Assembly (NCBI GenBank): GCA_013115145.1
Contig: JAAPAO010000082.1
Coordinates: 23,492 to 87,491, forward strand
DNA length: 64,000 bases
Source of the DNA: Perkinsus chesapeaki ATCC PRA-425
Taxonomy: Eukaryota > Protista > Perkinsozoa
Direction of reading: 5' to 3'
Shown here: positions 37,251 through 49,572 of the stretch, in pieces
How positions within the stretch are numbered: position 1 is the stretch's first letter
Layout: every line of letters starts with the position of its first letter
The notes under the pieces: model-generated
What the model was told of the DNA's origin: nothing
What the model saw: only the letters and a program-made list of their open reading frames with translations
The model's database searches: none
Program-made: the position numbers and the translations under genes

Positions 37251-38560
37251 TCAAACAGGTGGGATGGATCCTCGTCTCCTTGGTTCGATAGCACTTGGAG
37301 GGACATCTACTACCCTATACCCTTGTAACCATTCGCCAAAGTCCCCCGTGGATACTACTTTAGTCAACCGCGGCCGCTTACCACTGCTACCCTTGGTCGA
37401 TCGGCAATATGCCACTACTTGCAGTACCAATAAACATACCAACATGAAGGGAACTGGCTCGAATGATCTGTGATCAGCAGCACAGGAAAGGACGTAGAGG
37501 ATTGGGGCAGCCAGAGCACTGCAGATGTATTTAGCAGTAGCCGATACACTTTTGAAGACGTAGGCAGTAATCCAACCATTAGCCACTATTACCGTAAAGG
37601 CCATCCACGACTGAAAGTTCATACCGATTTCTTCTAGGCAATCACATACTTCCGAACCCAGACAAGATGCAGCCAAGTTGGCCGTGTCACACTGTGGCTT
37701 ATCTCCTAGTATATTGGCGGGGCCATTGATGATGAGAAGGCCTATGAAGGTGAAGAGTAAACTGATAAGCTTGAGCCGACCAGCTGTGGCATAGAACCCT
37801 CTGGAGTCACCTTTAATGAGATATTCAAGATAGACTGCACACGCTGACGACAGCAATGCCTTGGAGACACTCCACGGTATAGCACTGGCATCGACACCGT
37901 CACTAGGGAGCTCAGTTATGGTAAAGGCAATAGCACACACAACAACACCTATTAGGGATGCGCGGTTATCGAGACTGTGGCCTAAGATGTAGTATGACAA
38001 TAAAGCTACCAGCAGGAGCCTAGTCTGGCTTACCACTGACATGGTTGGGCTGTTACCGTGATCTATTGCCTGTAGTGTAGAGAGATCGCTTATGGTGTAA
38101 AGCACAGCTAGAGGTGTCATTAACTTGATATCGTTCCAACTAATAATGTCCCCTCTCTTATGGTGCCGTCTGTTCGTCAATACCTCTGCTGTATATGCCA
38201 CTATTGTACCAATAAGATGGTCCCCCATCATGAATGCTGCTATAGAGTAGGGATAGGCAGCTCTAGAGGCAACTAAATGCCCGTTACTAAAGGTATCAAG
38301 TATTGTGGTCTTGGAGCTATCAACAGCCCATGGTCCAATGACGCATACTATAAGGCAAGTTGCTAGGGTGAGATATGCTGTTATTGTTGATGGTATTGAC
38401 ATTACAAAAGAGAGGATGCTAACCAAAACAATCGCTATGCAGTCCCGTGATGGAACCTGTCACATTTATTTCGCCATGCAAGACATTCAGCTTGGTCAGA
38501 ACTGGCTGGTATGGCCCGGCGTAACTCGTAGATCTCGCTACGCCCAAATGATCGATAATC
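37251..38560 (-). CDS. Nucleotide-sugar transporter (SLC35A-like)
   Basis: Multiple hydrophobic helices, PLAVLYTISD...VVSQTRLLLVALLSYYILG, KYI. The 5' exon is approximate. Confidence 0.8.
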
Positions 38561-38658
38561 GCGCAGCTTGTTGTTGTCGTCGTTGTCGTTGATGTATTGG
38601 AAGTGCGCAATATCTGTATTCAGTTGCCGGTGGTTGTTGTTGTTGACGTTTACTCCCT

Positions 38659-39909
38659 ATGCGTTGCCCAGTGACTAAGTCATCAACTCAGGCCCCTCGT
38701 TCTTGGACACCTCGTGTGTCTAGAACTCCTACCACCACCAGGTCTAGGAAAACAACCACAACATCATCATCGACTGCAGCAGCATCAGCAGCACAGTCCA
38801 GCAAATTAACGATATCTCAGCTTAAATCGATGGTGGAAGCTCACGAACATTCAGTTCCGACTATGCCAGCTTTGGAGCGGGTTCAACTAATACCAACTCA
38901 GATAGTTGAGAGAAGGCAGCCGTCTATGATGGTAGTGTCCGGTGATCCTGGGGCTGGTAGTAGCCTACCGAACTCGATGTTCTCCGCAGCTGCTAATCTA
39001 AGTAGCTGTGACAACTGCAAAAGGGCCGGTGTTGCTCTGTGGGAGGATGAGCTCACTGGTGAGGCGTTCTGTGATGAGTGCTGGTCCACGTGGGAGGCAC
39101 AGGCTGCTGCTGAGGATGATGCTCAGCAAAGGCAGGATACCCCTGTAGAGGACTGGTTCATGATGAATACTACTGATGAGGATGGTGATTGTGATATGAT
39201 GGATGATAGTGACGACGATGATATTGATCCTGCTGTCCTATATGGCAGTGGTTCGACCCCGAGGCAGCAGCAGCAGCAGACGGCTGGTCCCCCCCAGCAG
39301 CGTCGGCCTGCACCTAATTTTGCCCAGCGGAGTCTGGTGGCTTTAGAGCTTGGGAAGAATCCTAACGATCTCTATGAGATGTGCCTTGATAAGCAGCTGT
39401 TAGATGCATACAACAACGCTGCTGTTAATCATCGTATAATGCCTTCTATGGAGGACACAGTTGATGACGCTGAATCATCAACTTCGACAACAGCGTCAGC
39501 ATCATCGGTCCCGAATGCCGCCAAGGGTGTTAAATTCAGCACAGGCGGAGCAGTACGATTCTTCGATACCGATGCTGAGCTGCAAGATCCCTGCAGGTCG
39601 CAGTTCCCTATAGAGGTAGTAATCTCATCAAGGGCTCATTGGTAGTTAAAGGATAATGTTGGTAGGTTAAGAAGTTTGACGGTCAGTCGTGTCATCATGC
39701 TAATTATATTGGCACTAGTAGAGCGGCGGCAGCTCAGCAGCAGCAGGCTCAGGAGCTTCATACCAGCACTCTCACTGATTACAGCTCGGAGGAGCTTAAA
39801 CGTAATAGTATTACGGGGTAGAATGGTGGATGGCAGACGGGTTGCTATCATTCAGGTGTCGCTGATCAAATGTCGAAGCCTCGTGGAGTTTGGCCCAAGC
39901 AGCAGTTCT
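38659..39909 (+). CDS. Hypothetical low-complexity protein with a CxxC-x18-CxxC zinc-finger-like motif
   Basis: 328-aa ORF with CDNCKRAGVALWEDELTGEAFCDECW and acidic and Gln-rich tracts. Short 3' exons are inferred. Confidence 0.55.
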
Positions 39910-41224
39910 AGGCGTTGTTGTTGTTTTCGTTGTGCTGCATTCGTTGTATAATGTTGCCCTCCTTATAGATAATATTGACATAAAGCCCATAAAAAAGCAT
40001 AAGTCAAATTATAGTTTGTTCAGCTAAATTGGCGACGTTGATTCTATAATAGCATTAATAATCTTCAAAGCCTTATTTAGCTACTGCCTCCTAAAACAAG
40101 GTAGCTAATTAATAAGTACATCAACAGTTCTGCATTAATATAGTTATCAGTTATCACTGTGGTGATTTACTGGTAATAAGATACTGTCGTCGATTTTTAG
40201 CGAGCCGACCATTCAGTTCGGCGCCCCGTAAACTACAATGTGACTTTTATCATAATACTCATTATTATTAATTATTCTATTTACTACAGTCCCTATCTCC
40301 TATCTTCTTGCTACTCCTCCTCCTCGTGCTGTTGCTGCTGTCGTGGACTCAAACAATTGCAACCCTAAGCTTTGGATAGCCCCGTCAGTCAACGGTGTAA
40401 TGTGGATAATCCCTCGTGGATCGTCCCAGTTGCTGCATTTTGGCTCTCTTTGTTGTTGTACTATTGCTTGCTATTCGATTGCTGCTAATATTGTTAGTCC
40501 TATGGGTTACTATAGAGGTTTCTGAAGGTTGTCGTGTACATTCGTAATGGCAACATATACGTGGTGGCGGTGGCATCAGCATCATCAAGGGACGTTTCGG
40601 CTCTCACTACCGGTGACGAGGTTTCCAGGAAATTGAGCTCATCTATAGCTACTTGTTGTGTTGCTTTCAATCATAAAGACAAGGGCATAATTCTCCGAGT
40701 CGTGGACATTCGGCCACAACCATCTTTCTAAATTGAGGCATCGTGTGGGACACGCCATTGCCAACGGGAGAGTATGGCTGGGTCAGATTGCCGAGCATCT
40801 AGGTTTCCTGAACAGTAAGGTAAAGAGCTTGGCTTCGCAGCTGCACAATAGGAAGAACTTCGGGACTTACGCGGTTTTTGTCGATTGTTGACAGTAGCTG
40901 TAGTCGATGAGGTGGGACAAGTTAGAGTTATAGGAGTTCTGACTAGTTTGATAGTATGTGGAGGGTGATGCAGAGTGAAGCACGCAGGGTTGTTCAATAG
41001 CTCTAGCCACATGCTTTTGATAGGCCAGGCAGTGATGGAGTATCTATACGCACTAAAAAGGATACTGCGCGTGCGTGCGAGAATCCTTCAGGATGCGTTA
41101 TGATACGTCGACGGTTTTAGGTTTTGGCTCTTCTAGTACTTGTTCTGTGATGCTCTCAAAGCCAATTGCAGCCTTCTCAGTTTTGCGTTCCTTCCGCATT
41201 CTCACTCGCTCCTTTAACACTTCC

Positions 41225-41652
41225 ATGGGTGCCGATAATAAGGTTAAGGTTATGATACAATACTGCGGTGGCTGAGGTTATGGGAGGTAGACCTACTTAT
41301 CTAGACTTGTACTTATCGTTAATGGTACTAGGTATTACAACCAAGCGGTGGCGATGCTGAGGGAGAAGCTCGCCGACAAGCAGGGAAGCGTCGAGTTCAT
41401 TCCCAAGAAGGATGCCGGTAATCCGCCTAAGGCGTATCATGTGTAGCTTAATTCCCCTCCTTTTCAGGTGTGACGGGCAACTTCGAGGTTACTGTAGATG
41501 GCGCCGTGGTTCACAGCAAGCAGAAGGGTGATGGCTTCCTGCACTCGAACCCTGTAGGCTATTTCTTAATTATAGGTGAAGTCCATCGTTTCATCTCTCA
41601 GGCATCTTTTGACAAGGTAGCATCAGCAATCTTGAAGGCTCTGGACGCCTAG
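41225..41652 (+). CDS. SELENOW: Selenoprotein W / Rdx-family thioredoxin-like selenoprotein (CxxU)
   Basis: Exons 41225-41286, 41332-41417, 41468-41553 and 41602-41652 give 94 aa: MGADNKVKVMIQYCGGUGYGRYYNQ...VTGNFEVTVDGAVVHSKQKGDGF. In-frame TGA at 41273-41275. Confidence 0.9.
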
Positions 41653-41692
41653 TTGTCCACGGCCAGCACCCTCTAAGGAGAGGCTGTATGGT

Positions 41693-41772
41693 AGCATCAC
41701 ATATGGACGAATGACGTCGTGTGGCTAAAACACTCTGTGTATCACACGTACTGAAAGTACCGTCGTGATGTT
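41693..41772 (+). promoter_or_regulatory. SECIS element (type II)
   Basis: ATGA at 41711, helix II (cgtgtgg/tcacacg), unpaired AAAA at 41727-41730, mini-stem acac-tct-gtgt, TGA at 41752 and lower helix gacg/cgtc plus catcac/gtgatg. Confidence 0.85.
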
Positions 41773-42249
41773 ATTCGTACGTGCCTCGCTTTTCGGTGCC
41801 AGATTTTTTGTATGTGTTTGCGTGTGGCTACTTTAGTTTAGTATTGTCAATTAGCCTCTATCCGGGGCAGTGCCGGGCGTAGTTATTTTCACGCCATCCC
41901 AGTCTGATTCAACGTAGCCTGTTCATCTTGTGGTTATTGGCAAGGTGCACAAGGGAAATGCTTGTAGAATGAAACCATTTGGATCGTTCTTCTTTAGAAG
42001 TTTTACTTTTGCAGCGGAGAGTGGTGTTGGCTTCCGATGACAGTATTCTCGTTTTGCTGGTGTTTGGTTGACAACTCCTACAGAGGCAGTTGAGTTGGTC
42101 GTGCCGGGATGGAGGGGTTTTAGTGCTCTTTTTGATTGTTGAGGGGATAGTATTAGAAAGGAGATTATTGCGCTCAGGTGAGGTTGGAGCGATGATAAGC
42201 GGAAACTTTATTATGTCAACCGCCGTCAGCAGCACTTGTTCCCTCTAGT

Positions 42250-44582
42250 ATGTCATCGAAGACGTATCCGAAGGTTGATTATTACAATAGTTGTAGAGGG
42301 TACTTGAAGAATCTTTTAAACGACGATGATGATGTCGGTGTTCGCTACATTACAGGCTGGCGAAGACAGCAGGGGAGCGAGCATGCCAGGGGTAAAGTGT
42401 GGCGGCTGGTAGTGTCATCTTATGCATTCATAGATGATGAAGGGGAGGTTAACTGCATCCGACCAGTTGAGGAGTGGCGGTCAGAGCACAGTATTTACGA
42501 GCTGTTTGCGTGCTCTAAGTGAGTGTGGTAGGTGATGGTAAGGCTATGCTGTGAATGATCAGATGCAACAGTCTAGTGTCCCCTTATGAGATAGATGAGG
42601 AAGTTGTAAGCTATTACTGTCCAAGTTGCCTCGATGTGCTCCCCCAGTCGGCTGTGAGCGCTCATAATGGAAGGCAAGCCCCCCTAAGGTGTTGATCGGC
42701 CACTGGTGTTGATGTTAGATGCCCGAAGTGTTTCCAATGTCCGCAATGTCGAAGAGTACTTCGGGTGAGTTCATACCATAAACTAGTAACCTGTGTATTT
42801 TATCTTTAGGTAACCGCTACCGAGGAGCAGCTTGAGTGAGGAGGCCTTGAGACTTCCTGGGAAAAGGAACCCTTCTCTTCGCAGCAGATCCAAGGACAAG
42901 CTATTCGAGCTTGCCTGTTCCAGTGGATGCAGTTACCGGTCTAGCATAGTCGCCTTGATAGAATCCTCACCGGAGGCTCTGCTGAACAAGGCCAGGAATG
43001 ATAATGATAACGCTTTTGGAGCATGGATGTACAAGTGCTGCTGCTGCCCTCCCTGAGACCTCGACCGCTGCTTAGGCGTGAGGTTCTACCGGTGTATCGT
43101 GAGCGATGTCTGAAGACAACTGAGGTGTCATCTTCCCGACGGAGCTCCGTTGGCCGCAGTTCCGGATGGAGGTTTGTAGGGGGATGCGTTACATGGTCGA
43201 TCGAAGGGCATGGGAATGATGATGAGCTGCTTCGCATGGCATGCCGTGTAGTCAGATACGACACTAACTGTTGTTCACTCGATTAGTCCTATGTTTATAG
43301 GTTTGGCTTTACTCCGGTTTGATGCCCTGTTTTTGTTATAGAGCCGTCAGACATGCAAGAAGCTCGTCATCCTCCTCGTCGTCATCATGGACACTAGAAG
43401 ACTTGGAGACTAAGGTGGCAAGGGCAACAGGGCCAGAAGGGGACTTTATCAGGGATGGCCTCCCCCTATGTAAAAACGAAGATTCTAACGTTAGTGTAAT
43501 GCACTGGACAACTTCCTCAACGGAACAGCATTACTCAGGTATTATTCACAAACGGCGTTACTGTCGAGGAGTTGAAGGAGCGGAAGGAAGCTTCTCAGTA
43601 GTGAGGGAGGGAGGCGGCGTTCACTCTGATTTTACATTGGACTTGCTCGCGACTGAACGAATACCGGCAATACTAGGGCAAATGGTTAATATAGGTTGGC
43701 TATGCCAACACCTCTTCGATGCCCTCTAGCCTCTCGTCGAAGCTACCGTCATGCAGCGGAGTGTAAGAGACTGTTGCTAAAGTGCCAGATACTGCCAGAT
43801 CACAATCAACCGTGAGAGTAGTCGGTCACGGCTGGTTTAACTACTTCTTCAGGTACCCTATGCGGGCTTATGCAAGCGATTCGGTACCGTTGTGTGCTTT
43901 AAGGGACATCTCTGGAGGAGTTCGGCCGACAATGAGGCCAGATGATGAGACACTTGACTTTTATCTCACACTGAGGAATCCTCGAGCTGAACCAATGGAG
44001 GTGAGCGTGTTCAATGGAGATGAAGACCGTTCCGGTAACGCGGATGACAGGTCCATTTCGACACCCGACTTGGTGATAAATACCTCACTTATATGTTACC
44101 ACCGTATCACTCAAATTGGCCAGGGGAGATGAGCCAGTTCAAGGCGCGGTAGTGCTGGGTTTCGGTGGCAAGGATAAGCTGTGCTTGTCGACAGGCATTC
44201 GGAGACGCTGCCAAATCTGCGGTTCATCACGAACCCGTTCACAGTGGTTATTGGCGGCTCGGATGTAGACTTGTCGGAGTCTGAAATTGTATGAACGATG
44301 ATATTCCTTTGTTCATAATTTGATCCACACAGATGCCGTCGAACGAAAACCCTCCGGAGCTTGTGCAGGCTCAGCGACATCGTGCGGCGGTTAAGTTGGT
44401 AGTGCCCGCGGCAGGGTCGACAATTCCTTATATAAATAGCGGCTGCTTCAGAGTGTGCGGAAAGCCGCTATTTCTGGAGTATCGCTGGATGAGGTCGAGA
44501 AGTCGCCGCTGCGAGAAGGACTTAGCCGAGTGTCGTTGAAGGCGCATCCGCCAACACACAAGTACGAGACTGTGAGCCAGTA
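42250..44582 (+). CDS. DCTN4: Dynactin p62 subunit (multi-exon)
   Basis: IYELFAC, EEVVSYYCPSCLDVLP, RCPKCFQCPQC and LACSSGCSY form the p62 Cys-rich N-terminus pattern. The 3' end is approximate. Confidence 0.75.
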
Positions 44583-44988
44583 GACATCCATGTTGGTAAC
44601 GCAGACATTGGCAAGCTCTTTTGAGACTTCGCGTATCATCATCGCCTCCGGGTGACCCAAGCGCGGTTGATGGCGAGGGAGGAATGGAGCTCCTGTTGAG
44701 AATTAGATTGGGGAAGATTGAACATGCTGAAGACGGTTAAATGTTTCTAACAAACTGCATCTGGCTTGATTTGTTGGATGACCGGAAATTCGTTCTGATT
44801 CACCAAGTTAGCTTTGGAGTTTCACTACCTTTATCTTGACTAAACTCAACTCGATTATGAAGTTACTTAGGATAAGGAAATCTATCGCACACATCGTCGG
44901 TGGTGCCACAGTTAAAACCAACACAGTGGATAAAGCGTCAATTACATTACTATTAAGTTCTCGAAGAAACGTCAATTAAACATTTGCC

Positions 44989-46605
44989 TTACTCGGCCCG
45001 GCATTGAGCCGCTAGGCTGTGGTAGTTGTTGCAATTGGAGAAGCCCATCTCCTTCGAGAAGTCATCGCCATAGGAACAACGGACCCATTCCCAGTCGTGG
45101 ACGGCGTATAATGTACCGTCAATGTCATACAAATGCTCAAACTGGTCTTGGGTCAAAATGCCATCAGAAACTGTACGCTCACGAAGAGTGTTGAGCGTGC
45201 TCCACATATATTCAATACCTCCCTCGGAATTGGGATAAGTAGGTGTATCGTAAGCACACATAGAAAGCTTATGGCAGTAGTCACCTTCAGTACAGGAACC
45301 TTCCAACATGATGGTGATCTTAGCCTTTAGATTCTCCCATCCAGGTTGAGTACAAACTTCACATTGTTCAGTCATCATATAATTCATACGATATAAAAGA
45401 TCATCTTTATAATCTCCATCAATAGCATTACGATAAAGCATCATAGTAGCATGATCAGCATATTGCATTATATATTGAGTACCAAGAGTATTCTTTTGTC
45501 CTTCTATAGCAAAATCAATAAATAATGATCCAGGAGCATAACCCATCTTATTAGTAACATCCTCCTTCATCTCTTGAGCCTTCAACAAAGTCTTCTTGAT
45601 ATCTTCGGGCTCCATATGCTCGGTGTCAAAGCTCAGACCAATGGGAGCAATCGCGGCCATATCCTCAGCCGTTATGGATTTTTCCAGGAACTTCTGGAAG
45701 GTGTCAACGAAAGCAAGCATCCTTTTGCCATCATGCTTCTCGATATCACCATAGGTCAAAAAGATACGCTGGTCATTGCCAGTCACTTCACGCCATTGCT
45801 TCATCCAAGGCAACAATTTCTCTTGGTCGTGAATTCTATCGTAGTTGGTCTGATCCGCAACGTTCACATACACATCGCCGGAATTCCACAACTTTCCCAT
45901 GTCAGAGGCACCGAAGTTCACCAGAGTATCATCATTTTTGCGCCAGTAGTCCTGAGACCAAGAGTAGGTAGCGAAACGGTGTTCGTCTCCGGATGGCTTC
46001 ACAGTGGTGCTCGCGACCTCTGAAGTTGTAGTGGAACCAGTAGTACTTGAGACAGAAGTAGTGGTCGTAGTTTCTAACGTAGGGAACGTGGTTGTCGAAG
46101 GCTCTGCACTCGTCGTTGAAGTATTACTCGCGCTGGCTGTAGACGTAGTGGGAAGAGCAGTGCCACGAGTAGTCGAAGCTGCTTCTGTAGGAACAGTGAT
46201 AGAGGCAGTTGTACTCGGCAATACAGTGGTTGTAGCTCTTAGATGAGTCGTAGTAGAGGGAGCGTTAGTAGACGTAGTTGCAGCGGGCGAAGTACCGACG
46301 GTTGAATGAGGGGTGGTAGAAGGCGGGTGAGCAGTTACAGTGCTCTCACTGCTATCACTTCCGCAGGAACAAGGAAGGGCAACCCCTTGGCAAACTGAAG
46401 GGGCCTGCCAGTATTTGCAGTAGGAACCAGGTAAAGCAGCAGCACAGACTGCATCACCCTGGAAACAATCGTCCGCAGAAACAAGAGCTCCAAAGGAGGC
46501 GGCAAGTAAGCACTTGGTTATCAGACGAGCCATGAATAAAGAAACAGAAACAGGCCAAAGATTAGCTGAAAAGGAAAACCTCACTGACGAACATTCACAG
46601 GCCAC
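44989..46605 (-). CDS. Secreted GH-like TIM-barrel family member, one 6-Cys module (intronless)
   Basis: Signal peptide (likely start at MARLITK), CFQGDAVCAAALPGSYCKYWQAPSVCQGVALPCSC, Thr-rich linker and GLSFDTEH. Confidence 0.85.
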   Translation of the reverse strand: MACECSSVRFSFSANLWPVSVSLFMARLITKCLLAASFGALVSADDCFQGDAVCAAALPGSYCKYWQAPSVCQGVALPCSCGSDSSESTVTAHPPSTTPHSTVGTSPAATTSTNAPSTTTHLRATTTVLPSTTASITVPTEAASTTRGTALPTTSTASASNTSTTSAEPSTTTFPTLETTTTTSVSSTTGSTTTSEVASTTVKPSGDEHRFATYSWSQDYWRKNDDTLVNFGASDMGKLWNSGDVYVNVADQTNYDRIHDQEKLLPWMKQWREVTGNDQRIFLTYGDIEKHDGKRMLAFVDTFQKFLEKSITAEDMAAIAPIGLSFDTEHMEPEDIKKTLLKAQEMKEDVTNKMGYAPGSLFIDFAIEGQKNTLGTQYIMQYADHATMMLYRNAIDGDYKDDLLYRMNYMMTEQCEVCTQPGWENLKAKITIMLEGSCTEGDYCHKLSMCAYDTPTYPNSEGGIEYMWSTLNTLRERTVSDGILTQDQFEHLYDIDGTLYAVHDWEWVRCSYGDDFSKEMGFSNCNNYHSLAAQCRAE

Positions 46606-46661
46606 TGATTATCTCTGAGTTCGACGGAATCGAACACTCTGAAAGCTAACACAATGGTTAG

Positions 46662-47250
46662 CTATCCTTCATCGATCGGCTGTCGGCCGATCGTGCCGTA
46701 TTGTGTCGTTTTCGGAAATCCGTTGTCCCCGTCAACTGGCATTCGTATCTGGCAGGAAGTACGGCCTGTTATTCTCTTTACATCCGCAGTGACTGAATAA
46801 AGTGGTGAGGGTATTCCGCTTGTGGATAGTTCCATTCCCAAGTACTGCTTGTTGCATGGTTTCAGAATCACTCAGTTCTAACCCGCACATTCCGAGGAAG
46901 TGGCGCGCATTTGTCGAGTCCACGGTCACAGGACACCTGAAGGAACATCGCTTCTTCGAAATGTAACCGCAACAGTATGCATGCTGAATCTTTAGCAGCT
47001 TGGCGGCTACCAGACCGTAGAGCCATATCTCGCTTACTTGCGAGAAATGCTGATCGCGATGGTGGACCGACACAAAAATTGTCCCCATTTGCGCGCTTCG
47101 AACTTGAGCCTTACGAGGCAGAAGCGCGCTCCAACGAAGAGTAGGCAAACATATCTCGCTCCCTCTCCTCTTGCATCATATCCGATCGTACCCCAACCCT
47201 CCAAACACCTATCTGAAGTTAACCTTAACGGACGCTTTCTTCTAGGCAAG
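46662..47250 (-). mobile_element. Possible decayed LTR-retrotransposon gag/protease remnant
   Basis: CPVTVDSTNARHFLG resembles an aspartic protease DS/TG motif, within frameshifted ORF fragments. Weak. Confidence 0.25.
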
Positions 47251-47443
47251 TCTTATTTTACGGTCATTATCTAATGGACGACTCGCAATTCACGTCCACG
47301 GTCACAACATTCTCCCATGAGGCCTCACCCACCGTACTTAGATTACTCAAAACTATATCGTGTTAACGAACAGAAGAAACAGCAGAGTTACCAGGCACAT
47401 ACAAATCCACAACACAGTCAAAACTAAGCGTAGCATAGCACAA

Positions 47444-48796
47444 TCAGTTAGCTCTACATGTTGATCCTTCGACGTGATAGTTCGAACAACTAGTATACCC
47501 CATCTCCTTCGAGAATGAATCGCCATAATAACATCTCGTCCACTCCCAGTTGTTCATACTAAATAATGTACCATCAGTGTCGAAAAGATAATTGAACTGT
47601 TCCGTAGTGACAAGCTTATCAGAGATCATACGGTCAGTTAACTCATTTACAGTGTCCCATACATATTGTATTCCACCATCTTTATTAGGATAAGCTGCGG
47701 AATCGTAGGCACACATAGAAACTTTGTGACAATAGTCAACGTTCGTGCAAGATCCTTCCACCAAAATAGTAATCTTAGCTTTGAGGTTCTCCCAGCCGGG
47801 TTGAGTGCAAACTGCACATTGTTGAGTGAGCATCCACTCCACACGCTGAACCAGACCATCTCCATCAATAGCGTTACGGAAGACCTCAAAGGTAGCATGG
47901 TCAGCTAGCTGCATAACATACTGAGTGGCCAAAGGATTGAGGTCACCAGATACAGCAAAGTCGATCAATAAGGATCCAGGTAAATAACCATTCTTCTGAG
48001 AAATCCTAGTCTTCATATCTTGGGCATTCTCAAGAGTCTCCTTCACATAGCTACTGTCCATACCTTCAGCATCAAAACTGAGACCTATAGGGGCGATTTC
48101 CCGCATATCTTCCGAAGAGACGTACTCCTCAAGGAATCTCTCGAAAGTGTCAACGAAGTCTACCATCCTTTGATTGTAGTGCTTGTCAGCATCCCCATAG
48201 GTAAGAAAGATACGTTCAGTGTTGCCAGTGACCGACCTCCACTCTTTCATCCAAGCAACCAGTAGATCACCATCGTAAATCTGGTCGTAGTTGCTGTAGT
48301 CCGCGATATTCACGTATACATCACCGGAGTTCCACAACATACCCATATCAGAAGCACCGAAGTCGGTTAGGGAAGAATCGCCATTCCGCCAGTACGACTG
48401 AGACCACGAATAGGTACCAAACCTAACTTCTCGGCTGGGAGGGGCAGCAGAAGCATGGGTCGTCGTGGCAGGGGCTGCAGTGGGCTTCGGTGTTGTAGAT
48501 CTCAAATGCGTTCGAGTTGTAGTTGGCCGAGGGGTAGCATTCTCGCTTGTCGAATCAGCAGTCGTCACAGCGAGAGTAGTATCCTCGAAACCGGTAGTCA
48601 AAATCGTAGTAGTGGGCTCGGCATCGCAAGAACAAGCGACACCGGTACCCTGGCAAGTACTTGGAGTACTCCAATACTTGCAATAGGAGCCAGGCTGTGT
48701 CGATGCACAGAAAGCATCTCCATTTACGCAACTAGCTTCAGCATTAGAGAATGCTAGAGCAAATAGGATGAATGAAGAAATATAATACGTGGACAT
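47444..48796 (-). CDS. Secreted GH-like TIM-barrel family member, most divergent copy (intronless)
   Basis: Signal peptide, CVNGDAFCASTQPGSYCKYWSTPSTCQGTGVACSC, linker and GLSFDAEG. Confidence 0.85.
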   Translation of the reverse strand: MSTYYISSFILFALAFSNAEASCVNGDAFCASTQPGSYCKYWSTPSTCQGTGVACSCDAEPTTTILTTGFEDTTLAVTTADSTSENATPRPTTTRTHLRSTTPKPTAAPATTTHASAAPPSREVRFGTYSWSQSYWRNGDSSLTDFGASDMGMLWNSGDVYVNIADYSNYDQIYDGDLLVAWMKEWRSVTGNTERIFLTYGDADKHYNQRMVDFVDTFERFLEEYVSSEDMREIAPIGLSFDAEGMDSSYVKETLENAQDMKTRISQKNGYLPGSLLIDFAVSGDLNPLATQYVMQLADHATFEVFRNAIDGDGLVQRVEWMLTQQCAVCTQPGWENLKAKITILVEGSCTNVDYCHKVSMCAYDSAAYPNKDGGIQYVWDTVNELTDRMISDKLVTTEQFNYLFDTDGTLFSMNNWEWTRCYYGDSFSKEMGYTSCSNYHVEGSTCRAN

Positions 48797-49572
48797 GGCC
48801 GCTCAATGGCAAAAAAAGCGAAAATCACTAACCAAAACATAAGGGGAAGGTTAACGAAGCTCATAGATTCTCCCGGAGGCCTTTCAGTTGATTAAGCTAT
48901 TGAAGTCAATCACAAGCTGGTTGTGGCTGGATTACCGAGAATATCTTATCACAGCTGGAATGGTGATCAATTATGCGTTTAGAAACCCTCTAGCGTGTGC
49001 TAGCGTAGGGACCTACTGAAACACTCACTCGGGAGAAGGGCATCTCCTCCACGGAAGAAATGGGACAGCAGGGCACAAAATTACACAATCCACCGCCACG
49101 GAGACAGATATCCATCCAGCGGGATATGCGGCATGTGCGGAACTTCCTCGATGAAGCACGGAGAATCCTCGCTCCTCGGGCCACTAGAGACACACCGTGC
49201 GAAAAATTACCGCCTCCTGAGCTTCCTCCTGCGATGGTGCTCACTTTCGTGAATATTCTCGCTTTACTACCGCCAATGAACTGCTCGCTGTAAACTTTCA
49301 GAGGCCCGTATATACGAACAAGACTTCTACTTGCAAAAATTTCAGAGTTTGAAATTGAAATCCCACATCGACAGCGATACTGCGTAGCCTTCAGAGGTCC
49401 CCAAGTAAAGACAAATTGACGAACCCAACACTTTGAAACATGAGAGACTCACGGCCTTTGAGTCCAGCACTCTTTGAGTGTTATTAGAATAATAACTGAT
49501 AGTAACAGAAACAATTAAAAGTAACCGAAGTGAATGAGCGAAGGATATATATGATGTATTGCACACAAAACT

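Noticed and set aside
40340-41012. Minus-strand ORF fragments inside a plus-strand block
   Set aside because: They could not be assembled into a convincing spliced product.
41098-41226. Minus-strand 42-aa ORF whose ATG overlaps the selenoprotein ATG (CATG)
   Set aside because: Its K/E/R content is explained by the pyrimidine-rich plus-strand leader, and it has no recognisable motif.
48990-49293. ORFs between GH-like paralogues as a possible TE remnant
   Set aside because: No recognisable transposase, RT or integrase motif.
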